Shown one piece after another: positions 18,189 to 28,121 of a stretch of 64,000 bases of DNA. How positions within the stretch are numbered: position 1 is the stretch's first letter; each line of letters opens with the position of its first letter. The notes below the pieces were generated by a model. The model was given only the letters and a program-made list of their open reading frames with translations. It was not told the DNA's origin and did not search any database. The stretch comes from a virus. The DNA lies in the IMG/VR virus record IMGVR_UViG_3300049489_000842, positions 24,519-88,518 of that record; one strand, written 5' to 3'. Both the position numbers and the translations under genes were made by a program.

Positions 18189-18635
18189 ATGAGAAAAAGA
18201 ACAAAAGAACAAATTAGAAAATGGGGACAAACTCCTTATCCTATAGTAGACTTTTTAGAACAGAAACTGCTAGAAGTATCTGCAGTTACTAAAGTTCCTA
18301 TATCAGTTATGGAAGGTACAGATAGGCATCGAGATTTTGTTATTGCCAGACAATTGTATTGCTATATCGCTTATCGAACTAAACCTTTTGAAATTTCTCT
18401 CAGAGAAGTAGGTTTGGGTATAAAAAAAGATCACGCAACTGTTATGCATAGTAACGGAGTAATTGAAAATTATATCTTTTCTAAAAATAAAGATATACTT
18501 CAATTTTTACAGTTGTTAAAAAAAGATGAGCATTATACATCTTACACTTTAAGTTATAAAAGAATCAGTTTAAAGGAATGTATAAAAATGAGAACCTACT
18601 TAGATCCCGTTGTTTTACAAGAAAATTTTTATTAA
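18189..18635 (+). CDS. DnaA C-terminal (domain IV) helix-turn-helix protein
   Basis: R.R..VIARQLYCYIA...SLREVG....KDHATVMHS. Confidence 0.82.
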   Translation: MRKRTKEQIRKWGQTPYPIVDFLEQKLLEVSAVTKVPISVMEGTDRHRDFVIARQLYCYIAYRTKPFEISLREVGLGIKKDHATVMHSNGVIENYIFSKNKDILQFLQLLKKDEHYTSYTLSYKRISLKECIKMRTYLDPVVLQENFY

Positions 18636-18651
18636 AGAAAGGAGAAAAATA

Positions 18652-18864
18652 ATGTCAAAAAATTCAGGTAACTCCGGTATAGGAGTTTTAGGTTTGCTGG
18701 GAACAGCATTTGTAGTCTTAAGGTTAGCTGGAATAATAGAATGGTCATGGTGGTGGGTTACACTTCCTTTTTGGGGAGGATTCGCTTTATTGCTATTTGT
18801 TGTAATAGTTATGTGGATAATTTTACTGGTTGACAGAAAAAACCAGAAAGATAAGTGGTGGTAA
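18652..18864 (+). CDS. small two-TM membrane protein
   Basis: GLLGTAFVVLRLAGIIEWSWWWVTLPFWGG, a common phage membrane family; GGAG upstream. Confidence 0.75.
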   Translation: MSKNSGNSGIGVLGLLGTAFVVLRLAGIIEWSWWWVTLPFWGGFALLLFVVIVMWIILLVDRKNQKDKWW

Positions 18865-19049
18865 TGGCTTCACATGAAAATATTGCTAATGGAAGGCTAT
18901 GTCAGCTTTGTTTAAAGGCTTTCAAAAAGCCAAATGGTGAGCCTGGTATTTACACTCACGGCTATATGGTAGTTTGTGAAGAGTGTTATGAAGCTATAGA
19001 TTCTACTTTTGTAAAAGAAAATTACATAAAAGCTGATAAAGGAACATAA
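18864..19049 (+). CDS. small Zn-binding protein
   Basis: CQLC...HG...CEEC; TAATG overlap. Confidence 0.65.
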   Translation: MASHENIANGRLCQLCLKAFKKPNGEPGIYTHGYMVVCEECYEAIDSTFVKENYIKADKGT

Positions 19050-19057
19050 AAAATACT

Positions 19058-19067
19058 TAATTTTGTA
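19058..19067 (+). promoter_or_regulatory. Bacteroidota sigma-70 -7 element
   Basis: TAATTTTG(TA) matches TAnnTTTG, just upstream of the 19079 ATG. Confidence 0.5.
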
Positions 19068-19078
19068 AATAAAACTGT

Positions 19079-19213
19079 ATGTTTTCATTGTGTGGATGTC
19101 CGAAGTGTGGTAAAAAGAGTTTTAAGAAGTTCGAAGAGAATGATGGCTCCTTTTACTGGAAATGTTTTAGTTGTGGGTATGAAACTCAGATAACAAGAAG
19201 AAGTAAACATTAA
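19079..19213 (+). CDS. 44-aa zinc-ribbon protein (below the ORF-track cutoff)
   Basis: MFSLCGCPKCGKK...YWKCFSCGYE. Confidence 0.7.
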   Translation: MFSLCGCPKCGKKSFKKFEENDGSFYWKCFSCGYETQITRRSKH

Positions 19214-19232
19214 ACCTTAAATATAAATTCTA

Positions 19233-19433
19233 ATGAGTAATCGCACTATTGTAATAATAGCTATCTCATTATTGTGGTTAATAACAGGTCTAGGCTTCTA
19301 CGTTCTAGTAGAGACTATAAGGATTTTCTCTTATAATTTTCTTGCAAGCGTAGAATACTTATATCTTTGGTCCACAATAATAAGTTTATTATTTTCTGTA
19401 AGGGTTGTTTATAAAACTTTTACAAAAAAGTAA
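19233..19433 (+). CDS. small two-TM membrane protein
   Basis: Two hydrophobic stretches and a basic C-terminus. Confidence 0.6.
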   Translation: MSNRTIVIIAISLLWLITGLGFYVLVETIRIFSYNFLASVEYLYLWSTIISLLFSVRVVYKTFTKK

Positions 19434-19464
19434 ATCATGTTTTTTTTTCGTTTTTAGTTGTTTC

Positions 19465-19503
19465 TCCCCGGGATTATAGCTGTTTTCCCGGGGATTTTTA
19501 TTT
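19465..19503 (+). terminator. rho-independent terminator
   Basis: 9-bp TCCCCGGGA/TCCCGGGGA stem followed by TTTTTATTT. Confidence 0.7.
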
Positions 19504-19590
19504 AACTATAATCCGGAATTGTTCTAATGAGTAATAAAGGGTTTGGATTTGTAAAAAATAATACTGACCTTTGACTCTCATTCATTAAAC

Positions 19591-20157
19591 ATGAATACAA
19601 AAGATACCAGTGCAGGAGAGATAATGGCTCGGGCTTTCTTTGAGGAACTTAAAACTTTAGGGTTTATAGTGAAAATCGAGGAACAACCTGAGCCTTTTAT
19701 ATTATCTGATAAGGTAAGTATCATAAAAGAGATACACCTTAAAACAAAGATTAAAACAGAAGAGCATACCCTTTTAGACTCGAATATATATACAGCTGAT
19801 TTTAAGATCATATGGAATGGACCCAACATTTTCCATCACGATCTATTGCTGCCGATTGTAAAACCTCCAGTCTTTTATTCGTCAAATAATATTTCTTACA
19901 TAGAGTGTAAGCCTATCTGGGATTACAACAATATGACAAGGATATTTTTACAAAGAACAAGGCCATGGGTTTATCAAAAGTTTGGCGTTTACGTCAACTT
20001 AATGAAGTCCCCCGACTTTTTTAAAAGTACATTTATCCCTGCAAAATGCCTCAGTAGTTTTTACTATAAAGTAGGTGTTAAGAAAGGACTCCCTAAGTTT
20101 AAATGGGAGTACAGTACTTCTAAAGACTTTATACAAAGTCGGAGTATGTCTAACTAA
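19591..20157 (+). CDS. PD-(D/E)XK endonuclease (T7 endonuclease I / DUF1064-like)
   Basis: S..E, QPEPF.L, YTADF, YIECK. Confidence 0.65.
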   Translation: MNTKDTSAGEIMARAFFEELKTLGFIVKIEEQPEPFILSDKVSIIKEIHLKTKIKTEEHTLLDSNIYTADFKIIWNGPNIFHHDLLLPIVKPPVFYSSNNISYIECKPIWDYNNMTRIFLQRTRPWVYQKFGVYVNLMKSPDFFKSTFIPAKCLSSFYYKVGVKKGLPKFKWEYSTSKDFIQSRSMSN

Positions 20158-20168
20158 TAAAAACAGTA

Positions 20169-20747
20169 ATGAAATGGTTATGGTTAATAATTCTATTATT
20201 CCCTACTTCTATTGTATCCGCCCCTTCAAGTAAGGGCATTGACTTTATTCCTATAAACTCAGTCATTGAAGTAGTGGAAATTAGGCATAATTTGTCTAAA
20301 GACCTCGAAAAGAAAATTAAAGAAGTAAGTAAAGCATTGCAGATTAAACCGGAATGGCTTGTGTCTGTAATACAAGAAGAGTCCAGATTCAACTCTAAAA
20401 AAGAGAATCATATAGGAGCCGTAGGGTTCATCCAGTTTCTTCCTATCACTTTAAAGCAATTGAAAATATCTAAAGACTCATTGCTTTCACTTTCTGACAC
20501 AGCACAATTAAATATTATAGAAAAGTTTTATAAGCCTGTTGCAGGTAAAGTCTTCAATGCAGAAGACCTGCACTTGTACACATTCTTTCCTATAGCTGTG
20601 ACTCAAAAATGGGGGGATGAAAGAATTCTGGAAACGTCCCGCGTGTCAGCACAGACAGTAGTAAAATGTAATAGGCCAATAGACTTAAATAAGGATATGA
20701 AAATAACTGTTGGTGAGTATAAAACATATTTAAAACTAATAAAATGA
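20169..20747 (+). CDS. secreted lytic transglycosylase (SLT-like)
   Basis: Signal peptide MKWLWLIILLF; catalytic EES, GAVGFIQF, C-terminal N...D.NKD.KIT..E. Confidence 0.82.
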   Translation: MKWLWLIILLFPTSIVSAPSSKGIDFIPINSVIEVVEIRHNLSKDLEKKIKEVSKALQIKPEWLVSVIQEESRFNSKKENHIGAVGFIQFLPITLKQLKISKDSLLSLSDTAQLNIIEKFYKPVAGKVFNAEDLHLYTFFPIAVTQKWGDERILETSRVSAQTVVKCNRPIDLNKDMKITVGEYKTYLKLIK

Positions 20748-20914
20748 AATATGCATCCTTTTTACTTATACTCTCATGGAGTATATATACCCTTGTAACT
20801 GAGGGTAATATAAGACCTAGCGATAACATTATATTATGGATACTAGGTGTACTTTCTGTTTTTTACTCTTGCGTACAAGCAATAATATGGATTCAACAAC
20901 CTAATAAAAAGTAA
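20744..20914 (+). CDS. 56-aa two-TM membrane protein (below the ORF-track cutoff)
   Basis: MKYASFLLILSWSIYTLV...IILWILGVLSVFYSCVQAIIW; ATGA overlap. Confidence 0.6.
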   Translation: MKYASFLLILSWSIYTLVTEGNIRPSDNIILWILGVLSVFYSCVQAIIWIQQPNKK

Positions 20915-20918
20915 CTAA

Positions 20919-21134
20919 ATGGGAAGATTTTTAAAGTCTGTTATTACAGTAGTTATAGCATGGATTATACTGTCTTGTATGTTTTGGTTAGGTATAGCTT
21001 TTATAAAAGCAGAGTTAAATCCGTTCTTATGGAAAGAAGAACTTAGGGTCACATTGGTATTTTTAATACTATGCATTACTTTATTTTCTCCAATAGTAAC
21101 TCAGTCTTTATATGACGAAGTATTTAAAAACTAA
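20919..21134 (+). CDS. small two-TM membrane protein
   Basis: Two hydrophobic helices. Confidence 0.65.
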   Translation: MGRFLKSVITVVIAWIILSCMFWLGIAFIKAELNPFLWKEELRVTLVFLILCITLFSPIVTQSLYDEVFKN

Positions 21135-21150
21135 TATAAATATTAACAAA

Positions 21151-21348
21151 ATGATCCTACTTAAAATTCTAGTAACTCAAGTTATTTTATTTTTCTTGTC
21201 TATGCTTTTACTTCATCCGGATTCTCCAGCTATATCTTTTATAGAAAAGAAATCATTAAACTACGGTAAAATAGTAGCATTAACAGCTATCATTCAGATG
21301 ATACTAATATTAGTAGTACTCTTGATTGTTGTATGGATAGCAAAATAA
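21151..21348 (+). CDS. small two-TM membrane protein
   Basis: Two hydrophobic helices; ATG at 21151 after an A-rich leader. Confidence 0.6.
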   Translation: MILLKILVTQVILFFLSMLLLHPDSPAISFIEKKSLNYGKIVALTAIIQMILILVVLLIVVWIAK

Positions 21349-21356
21349 AGAACTTT

Positions 21357-21386
21357 AAAAGTAAAGAGACTCTCTAGTAGAGTCTC
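21357..21386 (-). terminator. terminator at the convergent junction
   Basis: GAGACTCT-CTAGT-AGAGTCTC hairpin spanning the stop of the 2231-aa gene, followed on the minus strand by TTTACTTTT. Confidence 0.55.
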
Positions 21387-24300
21387 GATACTTCATCTAG
21401 TTCGGCCCATTTAAATAGCTCTTTTGCTCCTGGGGTCATTTTTATAGCTTCATTTAAAAACTTGTTTTCTCCTTGTTGGTTTTCCATTCCTCTTCCTGCT
21501 AGCACATCTTCTGCATATCCTACTACTCTGTTTAAGCTTTGCATATACTTTAGAATAGCTGTTGGATTGTTTAGGATATCCAAATATCCTTTGACTGACC
21601 AGAATGTTCTTGTTTCTTGGTCTAACCTACGTAAACTAGATACAAGGAATTTACCTGCTGCGCTTCTACATTTTAGTGTAGAGGCGGAATTATTATTACA
21701 CATCTCAGCTTTAACTAGAGCCTGTAAAACATAAGTCATTACTCCTACAGTAAGCTCCATCATAGTTACTCTTAAATTCTGTAGCTGTACAGCTGAAACT
21801 TCTCCTCTGTCGTAAGCCGCTTTAAAAGTTTTATAGTTCAGTCCGAATTCTCTTATAGCTTGTAGTGTAGTTATATATCTTCCTTGCTTATAGGATTGAG
21901 AAATATAATCCCATCTTTTTGGACCAAATCTGGCCATAAAGGGATCAAAAAACCAAGTTTTGAACAGTATCAATGCTCTACCGGTAGCATACTTTTGTAC
22001 AAGTTTCGGATTAGTATAATCTCCGTGTATAGCTGTAAGTTGATTTCTTACTTTTAAAGTTATGCCTGTAATAGCTTCATCTCCTGTTTTACCGTTAAAG
22101 GAGTATTTATCAGTTCCATCTGATTTTAATATTAGTTTTCCTGATTCATCTACCGCATCCCAGAAAGATATCTCTTCTCCAGTGTCAACATCTTTAACTT
22201 TATGATGTAGCATCATAGCTACCATTACTTGTCCCTGGTTAACTGTTTCTACAAACTTATTCCCTTCCATAGGCTTAATAAATCTCGCTGCATTGCCTAA
22301 TGAAGATTTTTTCTCTTCGAATGGATTTTTATGTGCGAAATCGTACATTATATCCCCAAGAATAGCATAGTTTTTAACAATATTATCAAATTTACCTCTT
22401 TCTGAAAATAGTAAACCTGTAGCTTGCTTTAATCCTGATGTAGTGAAGTTTTCACCTCTTACAGACTCAATTAAATTAGCCACATTACCTTGAAGTAAAT
22501 TAGCTAAAAAGGACGGTAAGTTCCAGGATAAAGCTGTAAATCGGAGACTATCTATTAAAGATTGTACCATCTTATCAACAGAAATATATCTACCTAATGA
22601 GTTTATTCTTGTTTCGATAGTATCTATTTTACTTTGGTTCCCTCCTTTAGATTTTAAAACATCTAGTTCCTGCTTTAAAAGTAAAAGTTCTTCTTTTTCT
22701 TTTTTGGTATAAAATTTTCTTCCTTTTCTAAAGGATCTATCTTCACCTCCTAAGTCATAGTACTCTTTATCTACAAAGTAGTTAATCATGTCTTTGGCAT
22801 TCTGTACATCTTGTTCAGTAATATCTTTAAGCTTTACATTATTACCTGTATTCTTTAAAGCTAATTCGAGCTTTTCAATAATGAACTTATTAGGATTTGG
22901 CTTTTTCTTCTCATCTTCCAGTTCTGCTATCATTCTTTGTCTGCCGGTTAATCCAGCCATCTCATCGAGATAGTGCATAGCCAAGTCTATTTCAGGCTGT
23001 ATAGCTGCTTTATAAGAGTAAGTCATTGATGCAAGATTAAGAGAGTTTAGGGCCATAAAAATATCCCCCTTATCACCTGACATTATATAGTTAGAGGCCT
23101 CAGTAAATAAAATAGCCTCATCTTTAGCAGTTAAGTTTATCTTTTGTGCTTTTAATAAATCTCTTCTTCTTTTATACTCTACCTCGATAGCTTCGGCTAA
23201 TGTTATGACACTTTTCTCAACTTTCTTTACCTCTTTTCCAGTAATAGGATCAATAACCTTCTCCTTATTATTTGCTGAAGTAAAGTAATTTATAGCAGCA
23301 TCTTTTGCAAAATCTTTTATCCCTAATTGATGCATTTCTTGTATCATTCCACTCTCTACATGAGCTAAAGTGAATCTGGATAAACTGCTGTCATTAAAGT
23401 TATTGTAGGCATCATCAACAATTTTTGCAGCCTCTTCATAAAAAGCGAAAGCTATAGGGTCATTTTTTATTGTTTCATAGTTTTTATCATATAGATTAAG
23501 AGGTTTCCCTTTACTATCGTATTTTTTAGGCACAATAACTATAAACCTATCTGCATCATATCCTACTAAATTCTTATATTTAGAATTAGGTGCCGCATCA
23601 ACGGTAAATAGTCTGTGCCTTCTTACCGGAGAGTTATTATTAATCCATGAATCATAAATATTTAGTTCAGCTGATGTTAATCTATTCAAATCTGTATGAC
23701 CAAATTCTGCTATCATAAAATCTTTCGAGATGGACTTGTATTCTTTAAAGAGTGCAGCTGCCTCATCTACTTTTTTAGTAGCCATTTCTACTCCTATATT
23801 AGGAGTAAGTTCATCTATATAGTCTTGTCTGTCTTTCTCAGCTCTTTTTGGATCTATTATAAATGTATTATCCCTTAACCAGCTTACTGATGTTTTATTC
23901 TTGTGGAAATTACGCATATTGTTCCAAAACTTGAATGTATACTCGGTAACAAGATTACCAGTAATGTCGTCATTATTTCCTTTTTGCCAGAACAGTTCTA
24001 CGTCAAATTTAGAATCTTTTAACCTTTTATACAACTCACCTAACTCCCTACTTTTAGTTATAGCTCTAGTTGTAGCCATCGAGTTTACGGTATTGATCTT
24101 ATTCATAAGATAAGCTGCAATAGGGTTGTCAAGATGAGCTATAGAATAGAAGTTTTTATATATCCAATTCCAAACCCGGGTTTTTAATGTAATCATATCT
24201 CGGAATGTAAATGTCTTACCAAGATTCTCAGAAGCTCTATTCACAAAAACCGATTTACCTAATTTATTCAAGTCTTTACCTAAGGTTTCGAACTCTATGT

Positions 24301-27300
24301 ATATATCTCTAAATAAAGCTTTAACAGTTGGATCTTGTATTTCTACATCTTCTAACAAATAGTTAGTAGATTCATCTTCAAAGTCGGAGATAGCTGCCCA
24401 AGTATCTATTATCTTCCTAGCCGATAGGATATCTTCCGAAGATACTAAAGTAGAATTCAGTATTCTCTCGACTTCTTTCTTATCCATATCTGCCATCTGC
24501 TTTATCTGAGTAACAGATTTGAAGTTTTTGATGTCTTTAAGTACTTGCTTTTTCTCGTTAACCCTATCTATAAAATATTGCAAATCTTTTTCAGCAGATC
24601 CTTTTAACCTTTCGCGATGAATGTGATTCTCCAGTGATTTTATCTCTGTCTTCACCTTCTTTTCTGCATTCGGAACTTTGATGTTTAAGAATATTTCCTC
24701 GCTAAGTTCATCAGTCGGAGCCATTTTTACTAGTTCCCTGGATACGGATGTTGAGTAATTATCATACATCAGTTTGTTGTACAAGTCCATGTCACTAGTA
24801 CCTGTTACTTGTACAATTCTAGGGTCCGATGGATCGGTAGTTATAGAATCATATAGTCTGGAATTGAATTCTGAAATAACAGGTGATGAGGGAAGGTTTA
24901 AAATGATGGCCTCAGGAACAGCTTCGATAATCGCTTTTTCTATTGCAGTCCCCTCGGCCATATTCCCTGGATATATTATGTGATCAGCCGGGTTTAAACT
25001 CATACCTTCAAGTAAAATGTTTACTCTTTCCTCTAATGAATTAGGTGGGATTACTCTACTGGCTAAAGATATGTTATTATCTTCTGACTTTTTTTGGTAA
25101 GCTTTTTTAGTAGGCCTAGAGTAAAAATTAACTCCTTCCTTTACACCTGATACCCATCCTAGTTTAACAAAAGATTTCTCTATGACCTCATTATCATAGG
25201 ATGTTCGAAACTTTTCTGGTTTAACTACAAAAGATAAAACCCCACCTGTAATAGCGGCATCTATCTCAGCTAAAGCTTCAGCTACTTCTCCCTCAGACAT
25301 TATATTTATGAACGGAGTGTCTTCTTTGGAGTAGGACGTTAATGCCAGGTCTTCATCTATAGTTGGTTTTTGTTCAAGTTCGGTTAAGTCTTGTCTTGTT
25401 AAGAATGCATCTGTAAGTATTTTAGTAAGGGCAGCTTTATCTAGTAAGGATAACTTGTTTAGGTCCCCTAAAAACCAATTTACAAACTTTTTCCACCATT
25501 CCCAGGCATCTCCTTTTTGTTTTACAGCCTGTTCTCCAATGCTTTGAACTAAAGCTTCCTCACTTCCCCATTTTTTTATAGCTTCTTGAACAATAGGGGT
25601 ATTTCTATTCCATGCAATATAGTGATGAGCATATTCATGAGGTAAAGTATCTTGTTTTTGGTTTATAGCATCTACAAGAATAGTTAATGCTTTAGTATTA
25701 GCTTGACCTATTATTTGGTTAGCCTCATTTTTCTGTAAAAAGATATTACTTAAATCCCTGGCAGGGTTTATTGTGATCTCTCTCCATTCATTGCCATACT
25801 CATCAGTAATAGTTTTAACATTATCTTTACCGAATTGCTTTTCTAGTATATTACCTACTTTAATTTCATAAAATGCTTCAATGGGTTTAAGTTTTTCTAT
25901 ACCTTGGGACTTAAGTTCTTGTTTCTCTTTTTCTGCTTTATCTAAAAGATCCTTATTTGCTGGAAAATATCCGCTATTACCTCTATGATCTTCATAATAA
26001 TATTCGTCTTGTCCTTTCTCTATAGCATATTTTATATGATCTATCTCCGCATCTTTTCTCTTTATACTATCAGCAATAGTTTCATGCCCTTCTACTTTAG
26101 CAGCAGTTTCACCTTTAGGAAATAATACTTTCTCATATCCTTTCTTAGCACTATCTTGAATAATAGATTTAATAAAGAATGTTACCCAATTGTTGTCTTT
26201 GTTAAGAAGTTGTAAGAAAGAATTTCTAGTAATATATTCTTCTTCACCTTTAGGGTTTTTTGCAAAATCTTCTTCTGTTGTTGGTGTATAAAAATCAGTT
26301 GCTAAATCATCTTTATCTCTACCCTTCTGAAATAAATCAGATTGTACTTCTAGTATTCTACGAGTTTTAGGTAAATTATTTATATAAGTATTTATATAAG
26401 ATTCTGCTTCTTTTTTTGTAGCATATTCACCTAATGGTTCGTTAGTAGTTCTATCTCTAACATAGAATTTATTATTGTATTCAAATACCTCTTGACCTCC
26501 AATATATTGAGTAGGGTATACACTATCATCTTTTGTAAAATTATAATAGGTGTATAGTGGATTATGTTTATGTGTATTATTTGGGATAAACTTTTCATCA
26601 CTTCTAAACCATCCAATACCATTATCAGTACTAAATTCTGCATGTCCTTTAATACTAGGTACAATTAATGGGGTAGATATTTCATTCTCAGTGTAGTTAG
26701 TACCACCTGGTACTGTTAGGTTTGAGTAATATTCAGAATTTCTTTCATACATACCTCCTTCTAATATACCAGTATCCTCATTATAGTAAGCTGGGGTTTG
26801 TTCTGATTTAGCAGTATTAATCTCAACACTATAACTATACTTACTAGCTAGTTCTAAGGCTAATTGTTCTCTATCAGTAATACCTAAATCTAATAATAAT
26901 TGTTTTTGCTCTTTAGGCACGGAAAGTTCTGTTAAAATTTTATTTAAATCCCACTTAGCTTTTTCTCCTTTAGAAAATATTTGTTTTGCTTTATCAGATA
27001 AAAGTATCTCCGTAGCTTTAAGTCTATAGTTAATTTGCTTATCATATTCTTCTTGATTGAATACATTATCTCCGTACTCCCAAGCAGGAGTATTGGTAAT
27101 ATTAAGTTTAATTTCTGGGTATAACTTCTGAAGTTTATCCTGGATTTTCTGAGCTAATTGACTATCAAAAGAGGAATTAGGTGAAGTTTTTGTAACTACA
27201 GTAGCCGGGATGTTATTTTTACCAGCTTCATAAGCTTTAGTGAGGTATTCTGCAGAATCCTCGAATGTTTCATCAGCCAGGCTAACACCAGTACTCTTTA

Positions 27301-28069
27301 TGATTATAATCTTGGCATCATTAGTTATAAAAGCAGGAGGAGAGTCTATATCATCTCCTTTAATAATTTCACGTTTACCTTCTTTCTTTAATCTAGAAGT
27401 AGGTACTCGAGTTAATTTAGATATCCCACCTTTTATTACTCTTGGGTCTACTAAGTCAACCATAGGAACACCTCCTTCAACATACGATTTGTATACATAA
27501 TATACAGTCACTTTATTATCAGTACTTTCTATCTTCTTACCATCAACTTGATCTTGAGAATATAGAACAACTGACCCGGCTTTTATTGGGCCATCCGGCT
27601 CTTTAGTATACTGCTTTCTTAAAGCTTTCTCATAAGATTCCACATCTACATTAGGTACAGGAACTTTACTGGCAAGAACTATATCCTGGTAATCCATTAA
27701 TGGTATTTTCCCGGATTTACCAACAAAGAAATCCGCATTATAATCTTTAAACAAAACAGGTTCAAGATTACGATCTTGTTTTACACCGGAGTATTCCTTT
27801 GCAAGGTCTATATATCTCCAGTCTCCGAACTCTTTTATGAATTCAGGAGAGTGAATCCTGGCTTTTAACAGATGTGTTTTTGTAGTGTCTTGAACTACGC
27901 TTTCTATGGTTTTATATAGTATTGAAGGTTCTCCTTCTCTGGTATAATCTAAAGGATACCCGTTATTAGATTCAAGAACAGCATAAGCTATATCTTTATT
28001 TCCGAACATTTTAGTTAAATCCCTAAGATTTTTTCTTACGGAAGGTAGATTTAATGCTAAACAACCCAT
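21374..28069 (-). CDS. large polyvalent virion (ejected) protein, 2231 aa
   Basis: N-terminal G.PS.LY...F...FGDW...EP motif, internal H...GWFR...LEVQSD domain, zincin HEYAHH, and a long helical C-terminus as in crAss-like giant virion proteins. Confidence 0.75.
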   Translation of the reverse strand: MGCLALNLPSVRKNLRDLTKMFGNKDIAYAVLESNNGYPLDYTREGEPSILYKTIESVVQDTTKTHLLKARIHSPEFIKEFGDWRYIDLAKEYSGVKQDRNLEPVLFKDYNADFFVGKSGKIPLMDYQDIVLASKVPVPNVDVESYEKALRKQYTKEPDGPIKAGSVVLYSQDQVDGKKIESTDNKVTVYYVYKSYVEGGVPMVDLVDPRVIKGGISKLTRVPTSRLKKEGKREIIKGDDIDSPPAFITNDAKIIIIKSTGVSLADETFEDSAEYLTKAYEAGKNNIPATVVTKTSPNSSFDSQLAQKIQDKLQKLYPEIKLNITNTPAWEYGDNVFNQEEYDKQINYRLKATEILLSDKAKQIFSKGEKAKWDLNKILTELSVPKEQKQLLLDLGITDREQLALELASKYSYSVEINTAKSEQTPAYYNEDTGILEGGMYERNSEYYSNLTVPGGTNYTENEISTPLIVPSIKGHAEFSTDNGIGWFRSDEKFIPNNTHKHNPLYTYYNFTKDDSVYPTQYIGGQEVFEYNNKFYVRDRTTNEPLGEYATKKEAESYINTYINNLPKTRRILEVQSDLFQKGRDKDDLATDFYTPTTEEDFAKNPKGEEEYITRNSFLQLLNKDNNWVTFFIKSIIQDSAKKGYEKVLFPKGETAAKVEGHETIADSIKRKDAEIDHIKYAIEKGQDEYYYEDHRGNSGYFPANKDLLDKAEKEKQELKSQGIEKLKPIEAFYEIKVGNILEKQFGKDNVKTITDEYGNEWREITINPARDLSNIFLQKNEANQIIGQANTKALTILVDAINQKQDTLPHEYAHHYIAWNRNTPIVQEAIKKWGSEEALVQSIGEQAVKQKGDAWEWWKKFVNWFLGDLNKLSLLDKAALTKILTDAFLTRQDLTELEQKPTIDEDLALTSYSKEDTPFINIMSEGEVAEALAEIDAAITGGVLSFVVKPEKFRTSYDNEVIEKSFVKLGWVSGVKEGVNFYSRPTKKAYQKKSEDNNISLASRVIPPNSLEERVNILLEGMSLNPADHIIYPGNMAEGTAIEKAIIEAVPEAIILNLPSSPVISEFNSRLYDSITTDPSDPRIVQVTGTSDMDLYNKLMYDNYSTSVSRELVKMAPTDELSEEIFLNIKVPNAEKKVKTEIKSLENHIHRERLKGSAEKDLQYFIDRVNEKKQVLKDIKNFKSVTQIKQMADMDKKEVERILNSTLVSSEDILSARKIIDTWAAISDFEDESTNYLLEDVEIQDPTVKALFRDIYIEFETLGKDLNKLGKSVFVNRASENLGKTFTFRDMITLKTRVWNWIYKNFYSIAHLDNPIAAYLMNKINTVNSMATTRAITKSRELGELYKRLKDSKFDVELFWQKGNNDDITGNLVTEYTFKFWNNMRNFHKNKTSVSWLRDNTFIIDPKRAEKDRQDYIDELTPNIGVEMATKKVDEAAALFKEYKSISKDFMIAEFGHTDLNRLTSAELNIYDSWINNNSPVRRHRLFTVDAAPNSKYKNLVGYDADRFIVIVPKKYDSKGKPLNLYDKNYETIKNDPIAFAFYEEAAKIVDDAYNNFNDSSLSRFTLAHVESGMIQEMHQLGIKDFAKDAAINYFTSANNKEKVIDPITGKEVKKVEKSVITLAEAIEVEYKRRRDLLKAQKINLTAKDEAILFTEASNYIMSGDKGDIFMALNSLNLASMTYSYKAAIQPEIDLAMHYLDEMAGLTGRQRMIAELEDEKKKPNPNKFIIEKLELALKNTGNNVKLKDITEQDVQNAKDMINYFVDKEYYDLGGEDRSFRKGRKFYTKKEKEELLLLKQELDVLKSKGGNQSKIDTIETRINSLGRYISVDKMVQSLIDSLRFTALSWNLPSFLANLLQGNVANLIESVRGENFTTSGLKQATGLLFSERGKFDNIVKNYAILGDIMYDFAHKNPFEEKKSSLGNAARFIKPMEGNKFVETVNQGQVMVAMMLHHKVKDVDTGEEISFWDAVDESGKLILKSDGTDKYSFNGKTGDEAITGITLKVRNQLTAIHGDYTNPKLVQKYATGRALILFKTWFFDPFMARFGPKRWDYISQSYKQGRYITTLQAIREFGLNYKTFKAAYDRGEVSAVQLQNLRVTMMELTVGVMTYVLQALVKAEMCNNNSASTLKCRSAAGKFLVSSLRRLDQETRTFWSVKGYLDILNNPTAILKYMQSLNRVVGYAEDVLAGRGMENQQGENKFLNEAIKMTPGAKELFKWAELDEVSRLY

Positions 28070-28091
28070 AATTTTATATATTTATTTATAG

Positions 28092-28101
28092 TACAAATGT
28101 A
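28092..28101 (-). promoter_or_regulatory. Bacteroidota sigma-70 -7 element for the 2231-aa gene
   Basis: The minus strand reads TACATTTG(TA) in the 52-bp divergent gap. Confidence 0.55.
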
Positions 28102-28121
28102 ATAATTTAAAAGATAATACG

